This document shows positions 10,641 through 20,893 of a stretch of 64,000 nt of DNA, piece after piece. Origin of the DNA: Spirochaetales bacterium (GTDB lineage: Bacteria > Spirochaetota > Spirochaetia > JABEVK01); NCBI GenBank assembly GCA_037142615.1, contig JBAXAI010000003.1, positions 129,028-193,027 of the forward strand, in the 5' to 3' direction. Below the pieces are notes generated by a model. That model was given only the letters and a program-made list of their open reading frames with translations, did no database searches and had not been told where the DNA came from. How positions within the stretch are numbered: the stretch's first letter is position 1; every line of letters starts with the position of its first letter. The translations under genes were made by a program, and so were the position numbers.

Positions 10641-11903
10641 TTATTGAATGGTGGCGATCACTTTCTTCAGAGCTGCGTCGTAGGCGGCGGCAGGAGTAGC
10701 CTTTCCGTTCACAACATCGGTCACAGCGCCGTTCCAGATTCCGCCGATCACGGCGTCGTATTCCGACACCTTGTTTTCGGGGATGTTCAGGGCGACGTCA
10801 GCGTAAATCTTGCGGACCTTCTGGCCGCCGTAGTAGGGAACCGGTTCGTCCATCACGGGGTCCTTGTACACGGTGGTGAGGGCCGGGAAGGCGTCAATGG
10901 CCTTGAAGGTGGTCAACTGGGCGACGGGGCTGTTGGTCAGGTACTTCAAGACTTCCCAGGCAACGAGCTTGCGGGGACCGGGGACGGTCTGGGGAATCGA
11001 CAGGTAGGTACCACCGAGCGAAGCCATCATCTTGCCGGGCAGGTAGGCCACGCGCCACTGGCTGGTGCCATCGGCTGCGGCAGGCGACAACCAGGTGCGG
11101 AGCGTGCCGCCGAACCAGGCGCCGTTCACAATGCTGGCAATCTTGCCATCGAGGTAGGCCTGGCTCCAGGGACCGGACCAAGCGCCGAGGTCTCCGTCCA
11201 CGCCGGCGGCCTTGACCTTCTGGACCAGAGTCAGGGCGTCCATGAACTTGGCCTTGGGCTCGAGGGGCTTGCCGTTGGCGAACCAGCCACCCTTGCCACC
11301 GTTCAGAGGAATAGCGGCCACAGCGGCGGGGTGTTCAATCCCGAAAATGCCCTTCGACTTGTCGGCGAGCTTCTTCATGGCGGCGATGTAGGCGTCCCAG
11401 TTGGCGAGGTTGGCCATGTCGACCTTGGCGGCCTTGGCCAGGTCGTCGCGGTAGAACATGACGGCGGGAGCGATGTCGACGGGCATGGCAATCAGGGCGC
11501 CGTTGTCGGTCGTGGCGTTGGCCACGGAGAACTTGACCAGGTCCTTGCTCAGCTTCTTGGCGTTGAAAGGAGCGGCGTTGAGGTCGGTGAGGCCACCAGC
11601 CTGAACGAACTGAGCGATGTAACCGACTTCGAGGGCCTCGATGTCGTTGGTCTGCTCGCCGGCGGCGATGACGGTGGTCAGGCGGTTGTGGTGCCCACCA
11701 AAGTCAGAGGTTTGGAACTTGATGGCGACGTTGGGAAACTTCTTTTTGAAGTCGTCGGTAGCAATGACGGCCTGATAGGCCTTTTCCAGGTCACCGTAAG
11801 CACCAATGGTGACGGTGTAGCTCTTGGCCGGGTCGATGACCTGGCCGGTCAGCAGGGTGGCCGAAACCAGACCCAGGACCATCAGAAAACTCATTCTTTT
11901 CAT
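10641..11903 (-). CDS. Carbohydrate ABC substrate-binding protein (family 1)
   Basis: Signal peptide; AMPVDIAPAVMFYRDDL, GAWF, GGTYLSIP; GGAGG RBS. Confidence 0.92.
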   Translation of the reverse strand: MKRMSFLMVLGLVSATLLTGQVIDPAKSYTVTIGAYGDLEKAYQAVIATDDFKKKFPNVAIKFQTSDFGGHHNRLTTVIAAGEQTNDIEALEVGYIAQFVQAGGLTDLNAAPFNAKKLSKDLVKFSVANATTDNGALIAMPVDIAPAVMFYRDDLAKAAKVDMANLANWDAYIAAMKKLADKSKGIFGIEHPAAVAAIPLNGGKGGWFANGKPLEPKAKFMDALTLVQKVKAAGVDGDLGAWSGPWSQAYLDGKIASIVNGAWFGGTLRTWLSPAAADGTSQWRVAYLPGKMMASLGGTYLSIPQTVPGPRKLVAWEVLKYLTNSPVAQLTTFKAIDAFPALTTVYKDPVMDEPVPYYGGQKVRKIYADVALNIPENKVSEYDAVIGGIWNGAVTDVVNGKATPAAAYDAALKKVIATIQ

Positions 11904-11938
11904 GATTCCTCCATGGAACACGTTTGAGCGGGGCAATT

Positions 11939-12023
11939 ACTTGCACCCCGCAAGTTACCGGAGTTTCAACCCACTTTCAGAACCTGTCAACCCAGAAAAT
12001 GAAAAAACTTTCTTATTGCAAGA
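11939..12023. promoter_or_regulatory. Two putative operators in the divergent SBP/GH16 promoter region
   Basis: ACTTGC-N5-GCAAGT (11939-11955, perfect) and ACTTTC-N5-GCAAGA (12007-12023); the adjacent ROK gene is the candidate binder (inference). Confidence 0.4.
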
Positions 12024-12074
12024 ATCTCAACGAATCCGATTGACGGGATCAAGAAACCGGGGTAAAGCGAATCC

Positions 12075-12893
12075 ATGACACGACCTCAAGTGATCTTCAC
12101 CAGCCTCCTCTTCATGTTTGCGTGCCTCATTCCGCTAGCGTCGCAGCAAGCCCCCCCAGGCTATCACTTGGTCTGGAGCGATGAGTTCGACGGTCCCGAC
12201 ATCGACAAGTCCAAGTGGTCTTTTTCGGTCGGCGGCGGAGGCTTTGGCAACAACGAGATGCAATGGTACTCCAACAAGCCCGAAAACTCCCGCATCGAAG
12301 GGGGGCAATTGGTCATCACCACCCTCAAGCAGAAGATGGCGGGTTGGCCCTACACCAGCGCTAAACTGCAGACGAAAGCGACCTGGACTTACGGCCGCGT
12401 TGAGGTACGAGCCCAAGTGCCAAAGGGCGTGGGCAGCTGGCCGGCCATCTGGATGCTCCCCGCGCCCATCAGCGATCCGAGCCTCAGCCCTGCGGAACTG
12501 AGCTGGCCGACCACGGGCGAGATCGACATTATGGAGCACGTGGGCTTCGACACGACGCTCATCGCTCAGACCTTCCACACGGGAGCGTTCAATTTTAAAA
12601 TCAACACCCAAAAGGGAATACGGCTCACCGCTCCTGATGCCGAAACGGCCTTTCACGTGTACGGGGTCGACTGGACCCCCGAGAAGGCGGACTTCCTGTT
12701 GGACGGCGAGGTGGTCTATACTTTTGCCAATATGCACAAGACCCGTCAGGAGTGGCCCTTCGACCGCCCGTTCTACCTCATCCTGAACACCGCCGCTGGG
12801 GGCGACTGGGGTGGTCAGGAAGGGGTCGACAATGCCTCGCTCCCGTGGAACTTCCACATCGACTGGGTAAGGGTGTACGGTGCAGACCACTAA
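12075..12893 (+). CDS. GH16 laminarinase-like beta-glucanase, secreted
   Basis: Signal peptide; LVWSDEFDG, WPAIWML, catalytic GEIDIMEH, FHVYGVDW, WPFDRPFYLILN. Confidence 0.95.
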   Translation: MTRPQVIFTSLLFMFACLIPLASQQAPPGYHLVWSDEFDGPDIDKSKWSFSVGGGGFGNNEMQWYSNKPENSRIEGGQLVITTLKQKMAGWPYTSAKLQTKATWTYGRVEVRAQVPKGVGSWPAIWMLPAPISDPSLSPAELSWPTTGEIDIMEHVGFDTTLIAQTFHTGAFNFKINTQKGIRLTAPDAETAFHVYGVDWTPEKADFLLDGEVVYTFANMHKTRQEWPFDRPFYLILNTAAGGDWGGQEGVDNASLPWNFHIDWVRVYGADH

Positions 12894-14088
12894 CCCCATC
12901 GGCCAGCGGCGCAACAATTTGGCCGTGCTGGCCAGGGCCATCTGGAAGACCCCCGGCATCAGCCGACGTGAGCTCGTCGATCACTTTGAAATCGACGAGT
13001 CGAGCGTGTCGCGCCTGGTTTCGCAGCTCATCCAAATGGGATTGGTCGAAAGCTCGGGAACGGTGGAAGGCTCCTCGACTCCAGGACCTGCGCCCGGTGG
13101 CCGACGACGCATCGCCCTCAAGGTTCGCGAAGACTTTGGGCAAGTCTGGGGCTTGGCCCTCTGGCGTGACCGTGTCCGGGTGACTGTGATTAACATGCAG
13201 GGACAAAGTCTCGCCACGCAAGAGTTTCCTCTTCAGCCCTACGACGGCGACTGGAAGGCCTACCTGCAGCGGGCTGTGCACTTGGCAGTCCAGTTGTCGG
13301 CCCGAACGGCTGCCGCCCAGGCCGGTGTGCCCCGCCCCCTGATGGGCATTGGCCTGGGCATGCCTGGCTGGGTCGACTCGGAATTGTCGATGGTCGTCCG
13401 TTCGGATGAGTTTGGTCTGCGTCAGGTGACCTGCCCCGTCCAGTGGCCCGAGCATCTGCCGGTCTTGTGGGAAAACGACGCCAACTGCGGTGCCTGGAGC
13501 GGGTTGGGCCGAGGTGCCCCCACCGACGACGAGCTCTATGTGATCGCGCGCTTTTTGGAAAACGGTCCGCTCGGGCTGCCGAGCGAACTTTCGGTAGGCT
13601 TTGGGCTGATCGTCAACGGCCAACTCCACCGGGGCTGGCGGCACGCGGCCGGCGAGTTTATCTCAGCGCTGTGGAAACCGGGTTGTAGTTCGGCCTACGG
13701 TCTGGACGACTACACCTTCGGACGCAGCCGAATCGACAAGGAGGCCTTTCTTGCCACGGTCGGCGAGGTTCTCCGCAACCTGCGTTTTGCCACCGAACTG
13801 CTCGACCCCCATACCATTCACCTGGGCGGCGACCTGAAAGACCGTTTTGACGACGTCAAAGAAGCCTGCGATCTGGTAGCCTGGCCGGCGGGCAAGGCCC
13901 TGCTTCACCCGCTGCCAGCCGGAATCGACGAGGTCAGCTTGGGTGCGGCCCTGCTGGTGCTCGACGAACTGTTCCAGTTCCCCTCGGGTGACCGCCTCAC
14001 CCTGTTCCGTGGTTATGGCACGGGCGTCAACGACCCGGTGTGGCGTGGGCTGCCTTCGGGCCTCGAGTCTTGCCCGGCCGTCAAATAA
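12880..14088 (+). CDS. ROK-family transcriptional regulator
   Basis: N-terminal wHTH (ISRRELV...SSVSRLVSQLI...GGRRRIAL); GMPGWVD, ENDANCGA, AGEF. Confidence 0.9.
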   Translation: MQTTNPIGQRRNNLAVLARAIWKTPGISRRELVDHFEIDESSVSRLVSQLIQMGLVESSGTVEGSSTPGPAPGGRRRIALKVREDFGQVWGLALWRDRVRVTVINMQGQSLATQEFPLQPYDGDWKAYLQRAVHLAVQLSARTAAAQAGVPRPLMGIGLGMPGWVDSELSMVVRSDEFGLRQVTCPVQWPEHLPVLWENDANCGAWSGLGRGAPTDDELYVIARFLENGPLGLPSELSVGFGLIVNGQLHRGWRHAAGEFISALWKPGCSSAYGLDDYTFGRSRIDKEAFLATVGEVLRNLRFATELLDPHTIHLGGDLKDRFDDVKEACDLVAWPAGKALLHPLPAGIDEVSLGAALLVLDELFQFPSGDRLTLFRGYGTGVNDPVWRGLPSGLESCPAVK

Positions 14089-15471
14089 TTACAGCCCGGC
14101 GAGCTTGCGCGGATCAAGCACCGAGTTCAAGTCCTTTTCCGACAACAGTTTCTGCTCCAAGACAAGCTGACGGATAGTCTTGTCTTCGGCCAGCGCCTGC
14201 TTGCTCAGCGCGGCAGCGCGGTCGTAGCCGATAACCAGCGCCAGCGGCGTCACCAGTGCCAGGGAACGCTCGACCTGCTCGCTGGCGCGCCTCTCGTCGG
14301 CCACGATGCCCAGCACGCAACTCTCGGAAAACGTGTCGACGCACCGCGTCAGGAGCTCCAGCGAACTGAGCGTCTCGTGGGCTAAGAGTGGCATCATGAT
14401 GTTGAGCTGCAACGGCGCGTTTTGGCCCGCAATCGTCACGCTCAGGTGCTTGCCCATCACGTGGGCGCAGGCCTGATTCAGCATTTCGAGGATGACCGGG
14501 TTCACCTTGCCTGGCATGATGGAACTCCCGGGCTGCAAGCTCGGCAGCAGGATTTCGCCAAAACCCGTGCGCGGCCCCGACGAGAGCAACCGCAGGTCGT
14601 TGCCGATTTTGAGCAGACTGGTTGCCACGGTGTTCAACGCTCCCATGAGCTCGACCTGGCTGTCGCGGGCCGCAATGGCCTCGTACAGGTTCTCGGCCTG
14701 GTGAAACCCAACGCCCAGCTTTGTGGCCAGCGCCGCTGCCGTGCGGGCCCCAAACTCGGGGTGGGTGTTCAGGCCGGTGCCGAGCGCGGTTCCGCCCAGC
14801 GCCAATTCTTCCAGCCGTCCGAACGTCGCCCGCACCCGTTCGGCCCCGAGGCGCACCTGACGCGCAAACGCGCCGAACTCGTTGCCCAGCGTCATGGGCA
14901 CGGCGTCTTGCAGGTGCGTTCGGCCAATCTTGACGATGCTCGCAAACTCACTGGCTTTGGCCTCCAATGCGGCGGCTAACCGGTCGAGCGAGGTGGCGAA
15001 GCGCGCCGCTTCGAGCCGACAACTGACGTTGAGCGTGGCCGGGATCACATCGTTGGAACTCTGCCCCAGATTGACATGGTCATTAGGGTGGACCGGCGAC
15101 TTGCCCCCCCGGGACGAACCCAGGAGCTCGTTGGCGCGGCCAGCCAAGACCTCGTTGGCGTTCATGTTCCAACTGGTGCCGCTGCCGGTCTGAAACACGT
15201 CCAGCGGAAACTCGCCGTCGAACCGGCCCTCGAAAGCCTCGTGGGCTGCCTGTTCAATTGCCAACGCGATTCGGGCCTCGAGCAGGCCCAGACCGGCGTT
15301 CGTGCGCGCCGCCTCGCCTTTGATCAGGCATAGTGCCCGCAAAAAAGGCGTCGGGATGCGGTGGGGCGAAACCTGAAAGTTTCGGCGGGCCCGCTCGGTT
15401 TGTGCCCCCCAATAGCGTTCAGAATCGACCTCGATCGGTCCCATGGAATCGGTTTCGGTCCGGTTTTTCAT
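14089..15471 (-). CDS. fumC: Class II fumarate hydratase
   Basis: RTETDSMG, FQTGSGTSWNMNANE, HPNDHVN, KIGRTHLQDA, GSSIMPGKVNP. Confidence 0.92.
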   Translation of the reverse strand: MKNRTETDSMGPIEVDSERYWGAQTERARRNFQVSPHRIPTPFLRALCLIKGEAARTNAGLGLLEARIALAIEQAAHEAFEGRFDGEFPLDVFQTGSGTSWNMNANEVLAGRANELLGSSRGGKSPVHPNDHVNLGQSSNDVIPATLNVSCRLEAARFATSLDRLAAALEAKASEFASIVKIGRTHLQDAVPMTLGNEFGAFARQVRLGAERVRATFGRLEELALGGTALGTGLNTHPEFGARTAAALATKLGVGFHQAENLYEAIAARDSQVELMGALNTVATSLLKIGNDLRLLSSGPRTGFGEILLPSLQPGSSIMPGKVNPVILEMLNQACAHVMGKHLSVTIAGQNAPLQLNIMMPLLAHETLSSLELLTRCVDTFSESCVLGIVADERRASEQVERSLALVTPLALVIGYDRAAALSKQALAEDKTIRQLVLEQKLLSEKDLNSVLDPRKLAGL

Positions 15472-15532
15472 GCCCATGATGATAGGACAGGTTGGCATGG
15501 GGTGCAAGAATGGGCTACAGTTTCTCAAAAGT

Positions 15533-17224
15533 ATGGGAATCCGCAAGAATATTCAGGTTTGGTTGGAACACAAGCTCTTTCTCGCATCGGAAGCCGAGGA
15601 TCCGGAACTCCGGTTCCTGCGCGTTCTGCGGGTGCTGGTTCTGCTGGTGGCTGTGGCTGTCCAGTTGCTTGGCGTCGTGTGGGCGTATCAGACCCAAGCG
15701 TTCCTGAGCCTCGGGCTTCAGGCCGCCATGGCGTTGGTTTTTGCGGCCATGCTCGTCTTCTTGCCGCGCCGCGCGGAGTCGAAGCGCATGCCCATCTTGT
15801 TGGCCTTGGGCGTTGTCGCTTCGGCAGGCGTCGGGCTGATCGACCTGTCGCCATCGCTGATCGTCTGGTCCTTTTTGGGTCCGGCCGGCGTGATGATGGT
15901 TGGCGGGCGTTGGGCGGGGGTGGTCTCGCTCGGTGTGGTGATAGGCGCCGGTACCGCGCTTTTGTTTTTGCCGGCCTTTTCGGCGGTGTGGCTGTGGGTA
16001 GTCGTGGCTGTCCTGGGATCGGCGGCCTTCCTGGGAATTGCAGCCATCGTGTTGCACCTCGTCGAAGTAACCTTTGAGCTCTACCAGATGCAGCAAAAGG
16101 CGATGATTGACCTGCTCGAGAGCACCTACACCAGCGAAACGCGTTTTGCCAACCAAAAGCGCTTCCTCGAAACTCTCATCGACCTCATTCCTTTCCCTCT
16201 GTTTTCGAAAAACATGGAGGGCGAGTTTCTCAACGTCAACGCCTCCTTCGGGGTCGTGTTCGATGTCAACCCAACCGAGGTGGCGGGAAAGCTCAATAAC
16301 ACCCTGCTGGCCGAGCACAATGCCCGAAGCTTGGCCAAGATCGAACTCGACGTTCTGGCCCGGGACTCGATGGCGGTCGAAGAGACTCAGCTCGTCCATG
16401 CCGATGGGCGTTTGCACGACTTCATCGTCTACATGATGCCGTTTGTCGACAACGAGCAGTCCATGCAGGGGTACATCGGTGTGCTCATCGACATCACCGA
16501 GCGCAAGCAAAAGGAGCAGAAACTGGTCCAGCTCAACGACACCAAGGACCAGTTGTTCAGCATCATCAGCCACGACTTGCGCGGACCTGTCGGCAAAATC
16601 AAGCAACTGCTCGACATCTACGTCGACGATCAGGGGATCTTTGACAGGGCCACCTGGGACCAGGTGTTTCAGGACATGCGCAAATCGAGCGACAGCCTGT
16701 TCCAGCTACTCGAGAATCTGCTCAGCTGGGTGCGTTCGCAGCGGGGCGAAACCGACGTGGTTTTTGAGCTGTTTGCCCTCGAACCTCTGGTGAACGATGT
16801 CTTTAGCCTGCAAAAACTGATCGCCAACGACAAGAAGATCCAGTTGGTTCACGACCTGCACCTGACCGGACCCGTGCTCAGTGACAAGCAAACCCTGAGC
16901 ACCATTATCCGCAACTTGGTCAACAACGCGGTCAAGTTTACCAAGCAAGGCGGAACCGTGACGGTCCGCGCGGGCGAGTCTGAGGACGAGCTGTTCATTT
17001 CGGTCGAAGACACAGGAATCGGAATGGAAAGCGACGTTGTCGCCAAAATCTTCCGCAAGCGCGAGCGGGTTTCCACCTACGGCACCGGCAAAGAACGCGG
17101 TCAGGGGATTGGGTTGGGTTTGTGCATGGACCTGATTACCGTGCTCGGCGGCCACCTGACTGCCGAAAGCGAAGTTGACGTCGGAACCAAGATTCACCTT
17201 CACCTTCCTACTCCGGAACTTTAG
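15533..17224 (+). CDS. Membrane PAS-domain sensor histidine kinase
   Basis: Multi-TM N-terminus, PAS/PAC (IDITERK), H-box ISHDLRGP, NLVNNAVKFT, DTGIG, GIGLGL; start uncertain. Confidence 0.9.
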   Translation: MGIRKNIQVWLEHKLFLASEAEDPELRFLRVLRVLVLLVAVAVQLLGVVWAYQTQAFLSLGLQAAMALVFAAMLVFLPRRAESKRMPILLALGVVASAGVGLIDLSPSLIVWSFLGPAGVMMVGGRWAGVVSLGVVIGAGTALLFLPAFSAVWLWVVVAVLGSAAFLGIAAIVLHLVEVTFELYQMQQKAMIDLLESTYTSETRFANQKRFLETLIDLIPFPLFSKNMEGEFLNVNASFGVVFDVNPTEVAGKLNNTLLAEHNARSLAKIELDVLARDSMAVEETQLVHADGRLHDFIVYMMPFVDNEQSMQGYIGVLIDITERKQKEQKLVQLNDTKDQLFSIISHDLRGPVGKIKQLLDIYVDDQGIFDRATWDQVFQDMRKSSDSLFQLLENLLSWVRSQRGETDVVFELFALEPLVNDVFSLQKLIANDKKIQLVHDLHLTGPVLSDKQTLSTIIRNLVNNAVKFTKQGGTVTVRAGESEDELFISVEDTGIGMESDVVAKIFRKRERVSTYGTGKERGQGIGLGLCMDLITVLGGHLTAESEVDVGTKIHLHLPTPEL

Positions 17225-17233
17225 GGCGCGACA

Positions 17234-17776
17234 ATGGCAGTGCTGCAACTTCTGGGAATGAAGCACAGCGGGAAGAGCACCCTCGGCAGCCTCGCCGCCC
17301 GCAAACTGGGGTGGACCTTTCTGGACCTCGATACCCTGCTCGAAGCCGAGCATCCCGGAGCCCACCGCAAGACCAGTCGCGAGATCTACCGCGAGCTGGG
17401 TCAGGCCACCTTTCAGCACTACGAGGCTCAGGCGGCGACGAGGGTGGCGCTGCGCCTGGCCTCTGAAAGCGTCGTTCTTGCCTGGGGTGGTGGTACCGCG
17501 ACGAACCCCACTGCAGTCGAAGCCCTTGGCAGACAGGGAGTTCTGGTCCTGCTCGACGAAAAGGCCGAGGTGCTCTACGAACGAATTTTGCGCGGCGGGT
17601 TGCCGGCCTTCCTTTCCAAGGACCATCCGTGGGAAGATTTTCTGCGCCTTTACGACGAGCGGATGGCCCTGATGTCGGCGCTCACGCCCCACCGCCTCAT
17701 CCTGGGAGGCGCAGGAATCGACCGCGCCCTGACACAGTTACTCGAGATTTTGCAAGGAGTTCTTCATGCCCGGTAG
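17234..17776 (+). CDS. aroK: Shikimate kinase
   Basis: GMKHSGKST P-loop, DLD, GGG; immediately upstream of aroC. Confidence 0.88.
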   Translation: MAVLQLLGMKHSGKSTLGSLAARKLGWTFLDLDTLLEAEHPGAHRKTSREIYRELGQATFQHYEAQAATRVALRLASESVVLAWGGGTATNPTAVEALGRQGVLVLLDEKAEVLYERILRGGLPAFLSKDHPWEDFLRLYDERMALMSALTPHRLILGGAGIDRALTQLLEILQGVLHAR

Positions 17777-18821
17777 CAGTTTCGGCCACCTGTACAAACT
17801 CAGCACCTTTGGCGAAAGCCACGGTGGCGCTGTCGGCGTCGTTCTCGATGGGGCGCCCCCAGGGCTGGAACTCGCCGAGGCCGACATCCAAAAGGAGCTC
17901 GACCGCCGCAAGCCCGGCCAGAGCTCGGTGACCACGCCCCGCCAGGAGCCCGACACCATCCACCTCATGAGCGGTGTGTTCGAGGGCAAGACCACCGGCA
18001 CTCCCATCCTGATGATCCTGTACAACAAAGATGCCCAGTCGAGTGCCTACGACGACATCAAAGACAAGTTCCGCCCCGGCCACGCCGACTTCACTTATCT
18101 GAAAAAGTACGGCCTACGCGACTACCGGGGTTCCGGCCGTGCCTCGGGCCGCGAGACTGCCGCGCGCGTCGCCGCCGGTGCTGTGGCCAAAAAAATCCTG
18201 GCTGGGCGCGGCGTCACCATCACCGCTTGGACGCAGCGTTGTGCCGGAATCAATTGCGACACCGTCGACTACGCAGTGATCGAAAAAAACCCCATGCGAG
18301 CCGCCGACTTGGCTGCCGCCGCAAAGATGGTGCCGATCATCGAGCAGCTCGCCAAAGACGGCGACAGCGTGGGGGGCATCGTGGAATGCCGCATCACCGG
18401 CGTGGCTCCCGGGTTGGGTGAGCCGGTGTTCGACAAGCTCGAGGCCGACCTCGCTAAGGCCATGATGAGCCTGGGCGCGGTCAAGGGCTTCGAAATCGGG
18501 CTCGGCTTCGGCTGCGTCGATCTCAACGGCAGCCAGCACAACGACGCCATGGATGCCAGCGGCTTCAAGACCAACAACGCCGGCGGTATCATCGGCGGCA
18601 TCAGCACGGGCGAAGAGATCGTGTTCCGCATCGCCGTCAAACCCACCAGTTCGATCAGCAAGTTGCAGCACACCGTTGATACCCACGGCACCGAAATGGA
18701 AATCCGCACCATCGGCCGCCACGACCCCTGCATTTGCCCGCGCATCGTGCCCGTGGTCGAGGCCATGGCCGCCATCGTGCTCGAGGACCACTACAAAAGG
18801 CAGGCGGCGCTGTTCAGCTGA
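17766..18821 (+). CDS. aroC: Chorismate synthase
   Basis: FGESHG, RPGHAD, RASGRET, NNAGGIIGGIS, GRHDPCI. Confidence 0.97.
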   Translation: MPGSSFGHLYKLSTFGESHGGAVGVVLDGAPPGLELAEADIQKELDRRKPGQSSVTTPRQEPDTIHLMSGVFEGKTTGTPILMILYNKDAQSSAYDDIKDKFRPGHADFTYLKKYGLRDYRGSGRASGRETAARVAAGAVAKKILAGRGVTITAWTQRCAGINCDTVDYAVIEKNPMRAADLAAAAKMVPIIEQLAKDGDSVGGIVECRITGVAPGLGEPVFDKLEADLAKAMMSLGAVKGFEIGLGFGCVDLNGSQHNDAMDASGFKTNNAGGIIGGISTGEEIVFRIAVKPTSSISKLQHTVDTHGTEMEIRTIGRHDPCICPRIVPVVEAMAAIVLEDHYKRQAALFS

Positions 18822-18887
18822 GTTGATTTCGGGCCCAAAGCGCAAGCAAAACGCCTCTCCTCCTTGTCTGTATGGTAAAATGGAGGC

Positions 18888-19470
18888 ATGAGGAACACGG
18901 GACTTCCCGTACGCAAGACCGAACAACATTTCACCTACAAGGACTACCGCCAGTGGCCCGACGACGAGCGCTGGGAACTCAGCGATGGCGTGGCCTACAA
19001 CATGAGCCCGGCACCAAGGACTGAACGTCACGCTTGTCCGTTGGATCGGAAATTTCCTGGACGGCAAACCCTGCAAAGTCTTCGTCGCACCCTGCGATGT
19101 GCTCATTCCGCGCGTCAACGAGCAGGATGAGGACGACGTGGACACCGTGGTGCAACCCGACGTTCTGGTGGTCTGTGACCCCAAGAAGATCCGCCTGCGC
19201 GGCATTTGGGGTGCTCCCGAGCTGGTGGTCGAAATCCTGTCGCCGTGGACCAGTCGCAAAGACCAGCGCGAAAAGTTCGACCTGTATCAGCGCATCGGCG
19301 TGAAGGAATACTGGGTGGTCGATCCCAATGGGTGCTGGTTGCAGCAGTACCTGCTTGGTTCCGACCTTAAGTTCGGCGTCGAGGCGACTTTTGAGGCCGG
19401 CACGCTCACCTGCCCCACGCTACCGGGGCTGACCATCGACGTCGGCGAGCTTTGGAAAGGCCTGACTCCG
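18888..19470 (+). pseudogene. Uma2 (DUF820) family endonuclease, frameshifted
   Basis: FTYKDY...RWELSDG...MSPAPR in one frame; continues from 19021 in another (LNVTLVRWIGNFLDGKPCKVF...VQPD...GAPELVVEILSP...KEYWVVDP); conserved HQ absent at the shift. Confidence 0.85.
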
Positions 19471-19560
19471 CTGGTCCGGTACGACGCGAACCGTCTGGCA
19501 CGTGAGTGCGCCAAACTCGACCCAACCAGCGAACAGGCCGAGGCTGACGTCGGTCTCGAC
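19471..19560 (+). pseudogene. C-terminal remnant of an RHH/MazE-like antitoxin fused in frame to the Uma2 tail
   Basis: RLARECAKLDPTSEQAEADVGL resembles the C-terminus of antitoxins found upstream of PemK toxins. Confidence 0.65.
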
Positions 19561-19741
19561 AACGGCGGGTTTTCCACTCACCTTGGCGTTGGCCCAGCCG
19601 AGTCTGCCCAAACAGTCCTGGGTCAAAATCAGCCAGATCCGCACTTTGTCGGTTGAACGGATCGGGGCAAAACTCGCCCTTGTCGAGCCCGAAGTTTTGA
19701 ATCAGGTTCTTGAGGGCCTCAACGAGATTCTGGGAGTGTGA
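19559..19741 (+). pseudogene. C-terminal remnant of a PemK/MazF toxin
   Basis: AGFPLTL...LPKQSWVKISQIRTLSVERIG...VLEGLNEILG; N-terminal catalytic half missing. Confidence 0.8.
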
Positions 19742-19743
19742 GC

Positions 19744-19769
19744 AAAAAAAAGAGGCCCCGAGGGGCCTC
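19744..19769 (-). terminator. Rho-independent terminator of rubredoxin gene
   Basis: GAGGCCCC-GA-GGGGCCTC preceded by A8 on the + strand. Confidence 0.8.
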
Positions 19770-19791
19770 CTGATACGGTCGAAAGACCGAC

Positions 19792-19956
19792 TTATTCGTC
19801 GCTGGGAGAAAAGTCGTCTTTGGAAGCGCCGCACATGGGGCATACCCAGTCGTCCGGCAAGGCTTCGAACGAGGTGCCGGCCGAGATATCGTTGTCGGTG
19901 TCTCCCACTTCTGGATCGTAAATATAGCCGCATACATCGCACACGTACTTCTGCAT
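19792..19956 (-). CDS. Rubredoxin
   Basis: 54 aa [15 protein letters not shown]...[11 protein letters not shown]; GGAGG RBS. Confidence 0.97.
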   Translation of the reverse strand: MQKYVCDVCGYIYDPEVGDTDNDISAGTSFEALPDDWVCPMCGASKDDFSPSDE

Positions 19957-20014
19957 GGTTCCTCCAAATTGGCGTCTGTTTCTGATTATAGGAGTTCGGT
20001 CCCCGGCCGTCCAG

Positions 20015-20893
20015 TCAAAAGTGGGCGAGTGTGTTCTTGTCGTCCATGCCCTGGCGCGTGATCGCGAAATCCCAACGCAGCGGGTCCTCGGGTTCCAGGC
20101 CTCGCAGGGCGGCCGTGATTTCGCGGCAAGCGCGGGCATCGGCAAGGTTGCGCCTCGTCAGGCCCTCCCGGCGGGCCCACTGGAGCACGTGGGTATCGAC
20201 CGGCATGAACAAGTCGGCAGGGGTGAGCACAGACCAACCACCGGGGTCGATGGCGTCGTGGCGTACCATCCAACGAAAGAAGAGATTGAGGCGCTTGAAC
20301 GCCCCCTTGGAGTCGGCCACGGGAAGGAGGATTCCCAGATCGCGCCCGGGCAAGCTTAGGCGCTGAGCAAATGTGGCCAGGGCCAACCAGCGCGTTGCCT
20401 CAGCGGTAGGGCTGCCGACTGAACCCTCGCGACTAACCCCTTCTCGGTAAGCCGCTTCGAGACTGCCAAACCGGCGCAACGCTTCGCCGAGGCCATCGAG
20501 CAACCCCGCCACCTGGGCTCCCGAAAAGAAACGGTAGCGGAAGCCGTCAAGACTTGCGTCCCACGAACCCGGCGGGGCCTCGCGGACTCGTTCGGCCAAG
20601 GGGGAGCCGACAAGTCCGAGCACGGTTCGTGCCGCTGGAATAATGAGCGAGGCACGACCTATTGCCAAGCACGAAGCAACCAGACCCGCCACCTCGCGGT
20701 CGGCCAAAAGAGGTAGATCGCGAACCAGAACCAAAGGATCGGTCCCCAGATGCACAGGTGAGTGCCAGCGATCGTAGAGGCCTTCAAGGCGTGGGCGAAT
20801 GACCGTGCATCCTTTGCAACAGCGCGAGCAGTTTCTGGCCGTAGGCGGGGTCGCTGGCCCAGGTTCCTGCCAGCTGCCAAAGCGAGGGGGCAC
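20015..20893 (-). CDS. TIGR02757 / DUF2400 family protein (start uncertain, probably near 20800)
   Basis: [37 protein letters not shown]. Confidence 0.85.
   Translation of the reverse strand: MPPRFGSWQEPGPATPPTARNCSRCCKGCTVIRPRLEGLYDRWHSPVHLGTDPLVLVRDLPLLADREVAGLVASCLAIGRASLIIPAARTVLGLVGSPLAERVREAPPGSWDASLDGFRYRFFSGAQVAGLLDGLGEALRRFGSLEAAYREGVSREGSVGSPTAEATRWLALATFAQRLSLPGRDLGILLPVADSKGAFKRLNLFFRWMVRHDAIDPGGWSVLTPADLFMPVDTHVLQWARREGLTRRNLADARACREITAALRGLEPEDPLRWDFAITRQGMDDKNTLAHF

Noticed and set aside
10440-11927. Long antisense ORFs (also 25725-27308, 29756-31120, 46080-47501, 49400-50839, 51589-52794)
   Set aside because: Shadow frames of well-supported genes in a high-GC genome; no motifs.
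19000-19030. Programmed frameshift in Uma2
   Set aside because: No slippery sequence, and conserved residues are missing, which favours a deletion.
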